Assembly (NCBI GenBank): GCA_050084515.1
Contig: CM114271.1
Span: forward strand, 27,900,001-27,964,000
Source of the DNA: Blasia pusilla
Lineage: Eukaryota
DNA length: 64,000 nt
Direction: 5' to 3'
A program made the translations under genes and the position numbers. The notes below the pieces were generated by a model, which was not told where the DNA came from, did no database searches, and was given only the letters and a program-made list of their open reading frames with translations. Of this stretch, positions 53,300 through 64,000 are shown one piece after another. Each line of letters starts with the position of its first letter. The first letter of the stretch is position 1.

Positions 53300-56200
53300 C
53301 CGACTCTTGTTAGCATGCTTCACGTACCTCATTTGAGCCTTTGCAAGACTTAGCCTCGCGCTCACTTCTCGTTCTCGCATCTCTACCAACAAACTTTCTA
53401 CCGCCGCTTGTCGTGTTCGTGCCAATGTAGTACCCTTCGAAGGGCTAGATCAAGAGGCCCTTCGGCTCTCGTCCATTTGCCAGGAGAAACGGAGATTCTC
53501 CTATTGCGAATGCTTGGTCGAGTTGTAGCAAAGATTCCGCCATGCTCGACCACTTGACCCAATCGCGTTGATCAAGACGACATAATTCCTCAAATCTTGA
53601 TTCACGATAGAGTTTACCTTTTCGATCTGTCCATCCGTCGTGGGTGGAAAGCCGTCATGAAACTCAGCTTGGTCTTAAACCTTCAACAAGTGCTTCGAAA
53701 AGCATGGTAAACTTTGGATCCCGATCTGAAACAATGCTCCTCGGCAAACCATGAGCACGCCACCACTATCGAGGAATAGTTCGCGTCAGATACGCCGTTC
53801 ATGGAATCCACCGTCGGCACGAATCTCACCAACTTGCTAAACCGATCAACAATCACAAGTATAGCGTTGTATCCCAGATTCGGAAGACTCGTGATAAAAT
53901 CCATACTCACACTTTGCAAGGGTCCTTCGGGATCGGCAAGGGATGCAACAAGCCCTGTTTCTTATCATAAGAGACTCTATTCGCTAAGGAGTCACATGGT
54001 CTTCACATATTGAGCAACATCCTCCTTCATAATGGGCCAAAAGAACCGCCGACAGAACACCTAGCGAGATTTCTCTCCTTTATGTCCGCCAAGGGCCCGT
54101 CGTGACATTCCGCTAACACCTTGGTTCGATTCCCGCCTTGCCCTACATAGATCCTACTCTGTTTGAACCTTAGTAAACCGTGCCTCAAACTTATGTTGGC
54201 CACCTTCTCAACCCCGCTTCAACTTCCTCGGTATTCCCTCGCTTGAGCATCCTTCATATATCCTTCACGAATCCTTCTCTCCGGATGTGTTTCCTTAGGG
54301 AACATTGCTCTCAAAACTGTGTCGTCGATGGCATGTGTTCCTCCTTGCGACTTAACGATCTGGAATCACATTATCTTTACCTGGCTTGTGGATCAACTCT
54401 ACATCCATCAGCAAGGTATCATGCCACCATGATTGTTTTGGTGTCACTCGATCCTCGGTCTCAAAATACTTGAGTGATATATTATCGGTGAATACTCGAG
54501 TCTGTGGAGCCCTAGATAATGCCGCCACTTCCTCAAGCAATGTACCACCGCATGAACAACTCTTTTCGTGAGTAGGCCATCTCCTTTCAGATCGCTAAGC
54601 TTCTTGCTCTCATATGCCACCGGTCTTCCTTCTTGCACCAACATTCCTGCAACCGCGAAATCACTAGCATCGGTATGCACTTCGAACGGTTTGTCAAACT
54701 TCGGCACCTTTAACACTAATTCCTGCGATAGAATCTGCTTCACTCGGGTTGAATGCCTCATTAACTTCCTGGGTCCAAGTCGTGTTGGCAAACTTTGCCG
54801 TCCAATCCGTGAGAGGTCTCACAATTCCCGAAAAGTTTTTTACATAAGTACGGTAAAATTGCACAGCACCTATGAACCTCCTCATCCCCTTTACAGTGGA
54901 TGGGGGTTCCCACTCGGAAATCGCTTTTACCTTTTCCATGTGTGGACTGACGCCATCTGCACTGACCACGTGACCCAAGAATTTGATCTTACTCAAACCA
55001 AATTCGCTCTTCTCTACATTTGCATACAGCTGATTTGCCCTTAGCTTAGACAAGACCGCTCTCACATGTCGAACGTGCTCCTCTAGTGACTTCGAATAGA
55101 TAAGTATATCATCGATATAGATGATAACATACTCATCCATTTCCTTGTGAAAAATGGAGTTCATCAATGTGGTGAACGTCGGAGGCGCGTTACATAGACC
55201 GAAAGGCATCACTACAAACTCAAAGGAACCGTATCTCGTCCTGCACGCAGTCTTCTCACATCTGCCTCGGCAATCCAAATCTGGTAATATCCTGACTTCA
55301 AGTCAATCCTACTGAAATATCTCGCGCCTGCCAGCCTATCAAAGAGATTATCTATCCTTAGAAGAGGATAATTGTTCCGAACCACCACTTTGTTCAATGC
55401 ATGGTAATCAACACACAGCCTCATCTTTCCATCCTTCTTCTTTACAAAGAGAACAGGTGCTCCATAAGGTGACTTGCTAGTCCTAATGTAACCCTTTTCC
55501 AAGAGCTCACTTAACTGCTTTTTCAACTCAAGAAGTTCCTCCTGATTCAACCTATATGGTGCTTTTGAAGGCGGTTGGGAACCGGGTATGATCTCTATCT
55601 TATGATCTACGGCTCTATGCGGCGGCAATTCAGTCGGAAGCTCATTTGTCAAGACATCCTCAAACTCCTTGACCACTTCCTGGAGTGGTTCTGGGATTCC
55701 CCTTGAAGCAGCGTCCTGATCTCTGCGTATACTGCTTGTAGCCTCCTCCACTTGTCTCATCAAGCAGAGAAATCCATCCTCCAACTCAGTCATGCTCCTC
55801 CTTGTGATCGAGTTCACCAACTCCATCTTCGCTGGAACCTCACGGACCAACCGCACTCAGAATCGTTTGCCTTTTAGCAAGACGCTCAACCTCAATGGTC
55901 GGGCGTCTTAACTCCACCTCATACGCATCTAGGAATGTATTCCCCAAAACTCCGTCAATGCCGTCCATTTATACATCTGTGAAATTCTCCTTCAACTCGA
56001 ATACCCGCATCCCCTCTTGTCAAACCCAAGACCAAATCAGAAGTCCGATGAGACTTGCCTCCTGCAAATCCCACTCGATGGGCTCGTCCGCCTTAGAGGT
56101 AGATGCCCCAGTTCCTTCACGATTCTCGGGCTTAGGAAGGAGTGCGGCACTGTATCCACGAGCAACAACACATCGCGATCAGCAATCTTGGATCTTAGGT

Positions 56201-57345
56201 ACACCAAATTGTGCGCCCTCTTGGTGACTTGAAGGGACGTCTCCATATCGCCCGCCAACAGATGCTTAGCAGCAAACGCAATCATACTCCCATTACTAAC
56301 CTTCGGTTTCAAACACCCTTTCGACAGGTGACCCGGTTCGCCATAGTTGTAGCATACGACCTTGCCGTTCCCTGTCTTTGAGTGTTGTCCTCCTTTCGGC
56401 CGCATGAAGTTCCACTCGTTTCTTTGCCTGCCGGCATTTACGACTCCTGGTTCGTGTTGGCCCCCACTCCGCCTCTTTTGAACGCCTCCTTATTTTTCGA
56501 CTTCTTCGAAAAAACTTTTGACTCGAAGGGTTTCTGGGTTTGGACCTCATCGTCCCCAATCCGCTCCGCTAGATTCAGAAGGTCCGCACAGGTCTCTGGC
56601 AACGTCGGCATTCGGTAAAGGGCCTTCTCAGCGCTCGGCTTGAGTCCACTAATGAAGATAGCCTTCTTCGCGTGCTCATCCATCTTCGGACTAGAAGTCG
56701 GGCCGCACTAAACTCCCTCACATACGCGCTTAAGGAACCACTCTGCCGCATCCGCACGCATTCCACCGTGTCACGCAACCCTTGGTACTCCGGAGTGAAC
56801 CAATCCCCAATCAACTTCTTGAACTCCTCCCAACTCAGAGGTGACTCACCGCCCAAATATTCCTCTCGTTGAGCGGTCCACCATTGCAGAGCATGATCCT
56901 TAAGGAAAGTAACGGCTACCGTCACCTTGTCCTGCTCAGCAGCCTTCTGCGCCTTGAAGTACAGTTCCAGTTCCGTAAGGAAATCCTTCACTTTCCGCGA
57001 GCGCCCCACTCCAGTAAATGGCGTGGGCAGGTTCGTCTTGCAGAGCTTTTTGCCCGCACTCGGGTTTCGAGTGGCCTCTAACTCCGCAATCCGCTTGCTT
57101 TGCTGGGACATCTGCTCCACCAACACCTTCAACAAGTCCAACGTCTGGCTCGACTCCGTCCTTTCCCCTGAGTTTGGGCCCACTGGCCCCGCGGAAGGAG
57201 TCGCCACTGGGACGTCCTCACGACTGGCGTTCAGCTCTTCGGGAGTCTCCGACTCCTCTATAGCTTCACGGTCCGGCATTGGTTCCTCTCTCGGTTCACG
57301 TCGCTTGATTCGGCGCTTCTTGGGTTGTTCTCCCTCGATCGCCAT
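53300..57345 (-). pseudogene. gag-pol of the chromovirus, frameshifted
   Basis: Gag ORF 56575..57351, CYNYGEPGH knuckle, LLVDT protease, [41 protein letters not shown]. Confidence 0.9.
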
Positions 57346-57480
57346 CTCCAAGCCAACTCACTCAGATCTCCTCCTCGTTTCTTGCGTCCCTCCTTGAGCG
57401 TCCGAGTCTAGCCGCTACCTTGAAATTTCCCAAGCATCCGGCTGATCCCACGACCCCAAGTTGTCGCTCACCAAGGATAA

Positions 57481-57492
57481 GCTCTGATACCA
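57481..57492 (-). other. Primer binding site (initiator tRNA-Met) of the chromovirus
   Basis: TGGTATCAGAGC 2 nt inside the 5' LTR boundary. Confidence 0.92.
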
Positions 57493-58543
57493 CTTGTCGC
57501 GCCCCTACTCTCCTTGAACGTCAATCTTTAGTGTTGCGGAAGCGTGCGTTTAGTAGGTCACGAACTCATCGCCGATCTGCACTTAAACACACACTCTCGT
57601 TAGTCAGGTTTGGCCAACCGGCGTTCCAACCCACCGAGTCCTAAACTCGACGTCTCATCAAGCTCAACCTTCCTTAGTTCCTAGCTCCCAACACATGGCA
57701 AGTCCTTCAAGACTTGGAACAGACTTCCTGGTTAGTCCAGGGATCTGAAACGGCACTTGCACGCCTAGCGATCCCAACTGTTCAACGGTCCTCGTGTGAG
57801 TTCCGAACCGAGACCCAAGTAATTGAGTCGTGGCGTGAAATCCAAGAGGGATGTCTAAAATCGACTCAATGGACTTGGTGCAGGTTTTCCAACCCAACGC
57901 CCAAACTCGCGTTCCGTTCCATGCCCTTGATCCGCCCCGCGGCGCCCAAAGTGGGGTTTGGGTTCCAAGCACTCTTGGAGACCTTCCCCCTTACTAGTAC
58001 TTCTGGGGTTCTCCAATAACCCCTCCCCTTTGGGAAAAGAGGTTCGGGCCCTTCATTGTGGCCCTCAACCCGACACCACTTACAGTCGTTTTCGGGTTGT
58101 ATCTCGGCCGCTGCTTATGCGTTTGCAGCGATCTTTAGTGCGTTTTGACCGGCTCTCCATAAGCTTTCCAACGCATCCTTATTTGCTCCAAACGCATCTT
58201 GGTACTAAAAGTTATGGCTAGAAATACAGTCAGAAACTCTCAAACGCAAGTGGCGTTCCAAATCCGGATCTTTCCTTTGGCAACCCACTTCCTAGACTCG
58301 ACTTCTTTCAAGTCTCATTCCGCGTTTGGTCCAGGTTTCTGAGTTGCGACCATCACATCTGAAACGCGACTTCTCGCTCGCGTCTCGTCTCTTGTCTCCT
58401 CTTTGAGACAACTCCAACGCGCAAACCATCTTAGCATGAGCCCGCTAATGTTCCGATGTTCCGCTTGGCACTTGTTTGGTCATGAGGGTCGCGACAAAGG
58501 TCCTGCATCTCACCAACATCTCGATGAATGGCCGCAGGTAAAT

Positions 58544-58730
58544 CTTAGCAATAGTCCTTGCAGGCTTGCGGTGTATGTTGTGTGGTTCCGCTTGTGGTGC
58601 AGCCACTATACTAGTCTGTGATGGGTGTTTGAGAGGATGGCATATGGCATATTTGACACCACCTCTCACTAGGGTTCCTCAAGGATGATGGATGTGTCCC
58701 AGATATACATAGAGTAGGTAGTTCTACATT
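58544..58730 (+). pseudogene. Inverted second copy of the integrase PHD finger
   Basis: Plus strand LRCMLCGSACGAATILVCDGCLRGWHMAYLTPPLTRVPQG*WMCPRY lies between two minus-strand integrase segments. Confidence 0.85.
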
Positions 58731-61700
58731 CCAAGTTCTCGAATGCCATGGGCATCACTCTCCGAAACAACTGAGCCTATGGAGAACATGCTCGCATCCA
58801 TACATTTGGGTCATCAAGGTCCAGCACCTCACCAACATCTCGACGAATGGCTGTAGGTAAATCTAGCTCTCGGCCATAAAGTAGCAAGTACGGTGAAAAT
58901 TACGCTAAGGATGCCTTCTTGCTGAATCTGTATCCCATCGCCAACTACCGCAACTGGAGGTCCCAATCTCCTAGGTGACCTCTCTGCAAGCCATACTTGC
59001 ATAAACCCCTCTTCACCGTTTGCACAACTCTCTCGGCTAATCCATTCGCCTCGGGATGATCTCGCAAAGTTGTGCGGTGGTCGATCAGTGCCTGATTACA
59101 CAAGGCCTGGAACTCACTGCGAAATTTGCTACCTTGGTCTGTCAACACCTCAACCGGTGCACCATAATGACTCAGCACTCTGTCAAGGAAGGCATAAGCC
59201 ACTCCCTCACTTGCTTTGTCAGGCAATGCTACCAACTCGATCCACTTCGAGAAGTACTCGACCATCACCAACACATAACGATTGTGATCCTCCGTCAAAG
59301 GCAAAGGTCTGGCAAAATCCAAACCCCATCTATACCCTAAGCCCATGATTGGTAATGGATGCAATTGTGGAGTCGGAGCATTGAACGATGCTCAGACCCG
59401 ATCACACACCATGCACCTGGCAATAAATTGCTGAACGTCAGTCTGCATGCCTCACCACCAATACTGAATCTGGAGCAAGTTGTACGTCCACTTCATCCCA
59501 AAGTGACCCAACTCCTTGTGGGCATGTTGCAGTAGATGTGCTCTTTGTGAAGGATGCGGCACTACGCATACTCTACCATCCTCCGAAACCCTCAAAACAT
59601 GTGTCCCCTCCCAACGGAACCGTCTGGCCCGCTGTAGGATCTGATCCCGCTCTCTAGCATCCACGGTGCTCGCAACGCTGCTAGTACGAAGGTACTCCAA
59701 GACTACTCCATCATCATGAATATCTCGGCCACCTATCGTCTCTTCAGTGGCCTCGGGATCCAAGGACTCTCCACTAGACCTCGCCATCGAAGTCTCCACA
59801 CTTTGGCTCTCCAAAGCCAACATGCCTAAATAGGCTGACGCGTGCCATCCTGGCACTGACTCCTCATCACTCTCTCCATGCCATCGAGCTCTAGTCGCAT
59901 CTCGCTGACTCGGGCATGGGTTACGACTCAACCCATCTGCATCCTGGTTGAGCGTCCCAGGTCTATGTACCACATGAAAATCATACTCCTGCAACAACAG
60001 AGCCCATCTCGAAAGCTTCCCTGTAAGCTTGTCGGACTCCATCAACCACTTCAGTGGTTGATGATCAATGAAGATGGTAAAGGGATTTCCGAATAACTAA
60101 CACCTAAAATGTGTGACAGCCCACACTTCAGCCATGCACTCATCCTCATACGAGTTGTACTTCATCTCTGCAGCGTTGTTCGAGGGGCTAGCGTAAGCCA
60201 CCAGGAACTCTCTACCCTCATCATCATGTTGGGTGAGCACCGCTCCAAGCCCTAACATGCTCCAATCTGTGTGCAACTGGAAAGGAAGCCCCCTCATCGG
60301 TCTCCTTAATATGGGCGCGGACGTCAACCTGTCCTTGAGCATCTAAAATGCTTGCTCGTGCTCATCCCCCTAGTGCCACTCGTGATCCACCTTGGTTAGC
60401 AAGGTTAGCGGCTTCTCAATCGAACTGAATCCCTTGACGTATCGCCGATAGAAGTGTGCCAATCCCATGAATGCACGAACATGGCTCACATCTATAGGGC
60501 GTGGAATGCGTCAGATAGCCTCTGCCTTCGTTTGCTGAACACCAAGGCCCCCTGGATATATCGTATGACCCAAGTACTCAATCTAGTCGTAGAAGAACTT
60601 GCACTTGCTTGGATGTAGCTTCAGCCCATGTAATTGCAATCGTCGAAACACCTCCTCTAGATGTCGCTCATGCTCCTCAACCGTGGCGCTAATGACTACG
60701 ATGTCATCAATATAACACCTAGAAAAATCCAGAACAGCCAAGATCCTATCCATGACCCTCTGAAACTCAGCCCGAGCGTTCTTTAATCCAAATGGTAAGA
60801 ACCGCCAATGGTACAAACAATCCTTCCCGTGAGGATCCATGCCCCAAAATACCGTCTTCTACCTATCCTCCAATCTGATAGGTAGCTGATGGTATCCAAC
60901 TCGCAAATCCAATGAACTGAAGACTTTTGTGTGACCAATCGCATCAAAGATCTCGTGAGGGATGGGCATGGCAGACCTATCGGACTTCGTCTACCGATTG
61001 ATAGGTCGGTAATCCCCACACATCCGCCTATCCGTCCAGTTGCCATGCACATCCTTCTTGGCACGCATGACAGTGGCAGATGCATACTCTCCATGCGACA
61101 TCTCCACTTGTCTTGCTCCGACCAAGTCATGGCTCCTACTCTGAATCAGAGCCCTCTCCATATCACTGTACCTGTAGGGTTGTTGGAAGATCCGCGTATC
61201 ACTCAACAACTCAATGCGCATCCCCGGTCCCTTCAGCATACCCAAATCCTCCATGCTAAAAGCAAAGCAACTCCTATAACTCTTGAGGAACTGATGTATC
61301 CGGCGCCGCTCTCCTCCTTTCAACTTAGGGCCCATATATGGCTCCCAAGTCTCCATCGTGACTACGATAGGACTCTCTGGCATGGGTATCGGTGGTTGCT
61401 ATGGTGCAACCTTGTCTCGAACAACAACACTTGGCCGCTCTCCTACAGCCAACTGCAAACTCTGATCTCCTCCACGTGCAGTGCCCAGAACGATGCTCGA
61501 TGCTGTGGCTATCATCTCCTGGCGTACATGCAAAACATCCCAAGAAGTCCAAGGGTATCTCTCTTGATCTCCCCTAGTGTGTAGATCTCCTCGGGTCTCG
61601 CCCCCGGCCAGTGACTCCACCGTCTCGGTAGGCATGGGGCTCACCAACGCAACCGTTGTGATCAGTCGCGATCTCATACGGCGCTGCTCATCCACTCCCA

Positions 61701-64000
61701 AGTTGAGGATCCATGTCAAGTAGTTCAGGTCCATTGCCTGACCCAAGACATGGCGTCATGATGCCTCTGACACTGATGGTACTACCGTCACTCCTGTGGG
61801 AAATCCCATCACTCGCTCTCTTTCATCCGCGTTGGGCTCCACCAACCGCTGAACCTGGTTATCCCAAACCAAGCCAGGATTGGCCTCCTTGTATGCATAG
61901 GCAAGGCTAGGCGCGGCCTGCCTACCCTGTTGACCATAGTCAAGGATGGTCGATCATTGTGCCTCATTGCCTGTGATCGACGACCTGGATCCAGAATGGA
62001 ATCCACTAACAAATGGGAGGGGCGCTCCACCCTCGCATACGCCCTCCATAACACCACATGGGGCACCAAGTTGGTCCACCATAGACGCGGGCGATGGGCT
62101 CTAGAACCTACACTCGTCACATCCAAGAACACTGCTGGGCCAATCCAGGCACGTACCTGATGAGCACTCATCACCACCCGTGACCTGGAGTCTCCTAAGA
62201 TTGGCACGTTCTCCAGAATGTAGACTGGAGAACGAGACTAGTGCTCCTACAACTGCCATACAATCCTCAACATCTCACATAACAACCTAGATCGAGTGTC
62301 AGCCAGCCCGCTGCCTCATCCAGCACTCGATTGGCCTTGTCATGGCCAACCGACAATGACCAAATCAATGGTCCCTACTCGCTCTAAGTCCTATGCCCCC
62401 AGCAAGGAAATATCCCTTAGTAGGGAACTCTGGTGCCCCTGTACCGCGGACGTAAACAATAAGTCAGGAAAACGTAGGCCTTACTGCGCCACATGTCAAA
62501 ATGAGATGCGCCTCGCAACATCATCACTCTCCACATAGAGGTACTGCTACACTTGCACTCTGCCTTCAAAACAACAGCTAACCCGATGCTAATCCCTCCA
62601 AAGAGATCTAACACTCAAATATCCTCCTCCGGGATACACCACACAATGGGTGTGGTATCCAAGGGTGTCATCGTAGCACTCCCTGCTACCTCGGGTTTCT
62701 CAGACCCGTCACGCTCTGGTGCAAACGCCTTGCTCCACGCGGTTTGCACGTACTTATCTACCAATCGTTGAAGTTCCTGAATCCAACAAGATGCTTTGCG
62801 GACTAAAAGGCCTATCTCCGAGACTCACCAACTTGAAGACCTCTCCCTGGTTATCCAACAACACAACACCAGGAGAAGCCATGGCACGCTCTATGGCGGG
62901 TCTAGCGGACATCTCCGCCATCCTAGCAGCCGCAGCCTGGCATGAATTTGACGAGCATCCGCTCCAAGGGCAGGTCCATCACCTCCTCTGCAATCACCTC
63001 TGAATGTGATGCAGGAACTCCAACTCCGCGCTCACATAGTGAAACGGCCAGCCGAAAAGCCTCGGCGGGTGTACCCCCCAACGTCATAACATCGGAAGCA
63101 AAAAATAAAGGAGTGCGGTACACAACGATGGCCGCCCCCAACAACGTGCTCGACACATGCCCCTCCTGAGCATCAACAATAGGAGTCGTCGCACTTGCTT
63201 CTCCTATGGCCCTCTGTGCCTACACACCAACAACATCACCAACTCTCCAGGAACTTTGATGAGGACCCATCGATGGGGTTCTCATCGCTTTGGACAACGT
63301 GAAAGACTGAGGAAGCCTAGTATGTTTTCTGGCTTCCCCTTGTTGTGGATCCAACTCTGCGGCTACTCCACGTGTCACAACTGCGGCGGCCTCCATCTAG
63401 GCAACCCCGCACATCCAACCACGATCCTCCATATGATGTCGATGCCACGGATCCGGTATCGGGTAACCTCAATGCCATAGAGACAATCTGCTCCTGTAGC
63501 TGCTGTATCTGAGCAGCTATCCTAGCCTCACGTTCGGCGTCTCCCTTAGCGCGTCTAGGTGGTGGTACTCTACCTCCTCCACGGGCAGCTCCACTATCCT
63601 GTCAGGCCCCAACCTCTCTAGGCCCACCCGGATCGGCTACTCGCTCTAGTGCCCTCTCTAGCCCTCGTTCCGTACGTAACTCAGGATATAAACTGAAACA
63701 CCATACCTCTGACAATAGTCACACCAATAACCTCCTGGTGCAACACCATCCTCTCCTCCATGCTGAGGCACACGTCGATGACCCTGACGAGTGCAATCTC
63801 GCTGATGATGGGCTCCACCACATGACCAAGAAGTAATAGTAGGCGGCTGCTGCTGAGCCGCATATGAAGGTGGAGGTCTCTGTGGCAGGGCCCTCCAGTA
63901 TCCTCCCTAAGCTCATGGTGCCACAGTCGACCTATCTTGGAGTCCACATTGCTGCACAGGTGGTGCAGCCAATCGTGACTGCTCTCGCCCAAAACCCATG
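58731..64000 (-). mobile_element. DNMT3/PHD gypsy family copy C2 (gag end, partly deleted PR, MTase, RT, RH, IN), running off the window end
   Basis: Colinear with copy B: LLDSG ~62785, MTase 62620-61710, RT YIDD ~60710, RH LHTDWS ~60270, IN 59364-58731. Confidence 0.9.
61710..62620 (-). pseudogene. DNMT3-like methyltransferase domain of copy C2 (stops and frameshifts)
   Basis: LDLFGGISIGL...RDISLLG...IDLVIVGWP*QG...GLADTRSRLL...YILENV...RAHRPRLWWTNL...MGFP...LGQAMDLN; the catalytic Cys codon is TGA. Confidence 0.88.

Larger units (their letters stand above)
51158..58496 (-). mobile_element. Full-length chromovirus (Ty3/gypsy, Galadriel/Tcn1-like), recent insertion
   Basis: LTRs 51158-52153 and 57495-58496 (TGTCGCG...CGCGACA, near-identical); TSD AAGGT at 51153-51157 and 58497-58501; gag, PR, RT (YIDD), RH, IN and chromodomain, with frameshifts. 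Confidence 0.97.
50095..58543 (-). mobile_element. DNMT3/PHD gypsy family copy C1 (integrase tail, PHD, 3' LTR), interrupted by the chromovirus
   Basis: Integrase tail at 58543-58502 continues at 51157 across the TSD; PHD 50620-50760; LTR 50095-50589. Confidence 0.85.

Overview
Plant nuclear DNA, probably from a bryophyte or other early-diverging land plant (inferred from gene content and a mitochondrial fragment). The left ~19 kb holds three intact multi-exon genes: a conserved uncharacterised protein (+), LPA3 (-) and an M18 aspartyl aminopeptidase (-). One LPA3 intron contains a ~130-bp mitochondrial tRNA/rrn18 insertion. The remaining ~45 kb is a nest of transposons. A Helitron helicase is split by a ~12.7-kb CACTA element carrying an EDM2-like PHD module and tandem BRCT domains. 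Four partial copies belong to an unusual Ty3/gypsy family whose pol encodes protease, a DNMT3-like C5 cytosine methyltransferase, RT, RNase H, integrase and a PHD finger. Its ~500-bp LTRs end in TA...TA and it appears to use a Tf1-like self-primer instead of a tRNA PBS. A young full-length chromovirus with a 5-bp TSD and a related solo LTR complete the nest. The methyltransferase/PHD retrotransposon family is the main candidate for a new system; every copy here is mutated. Domain calls come from motif recognition by eye, not database searches.
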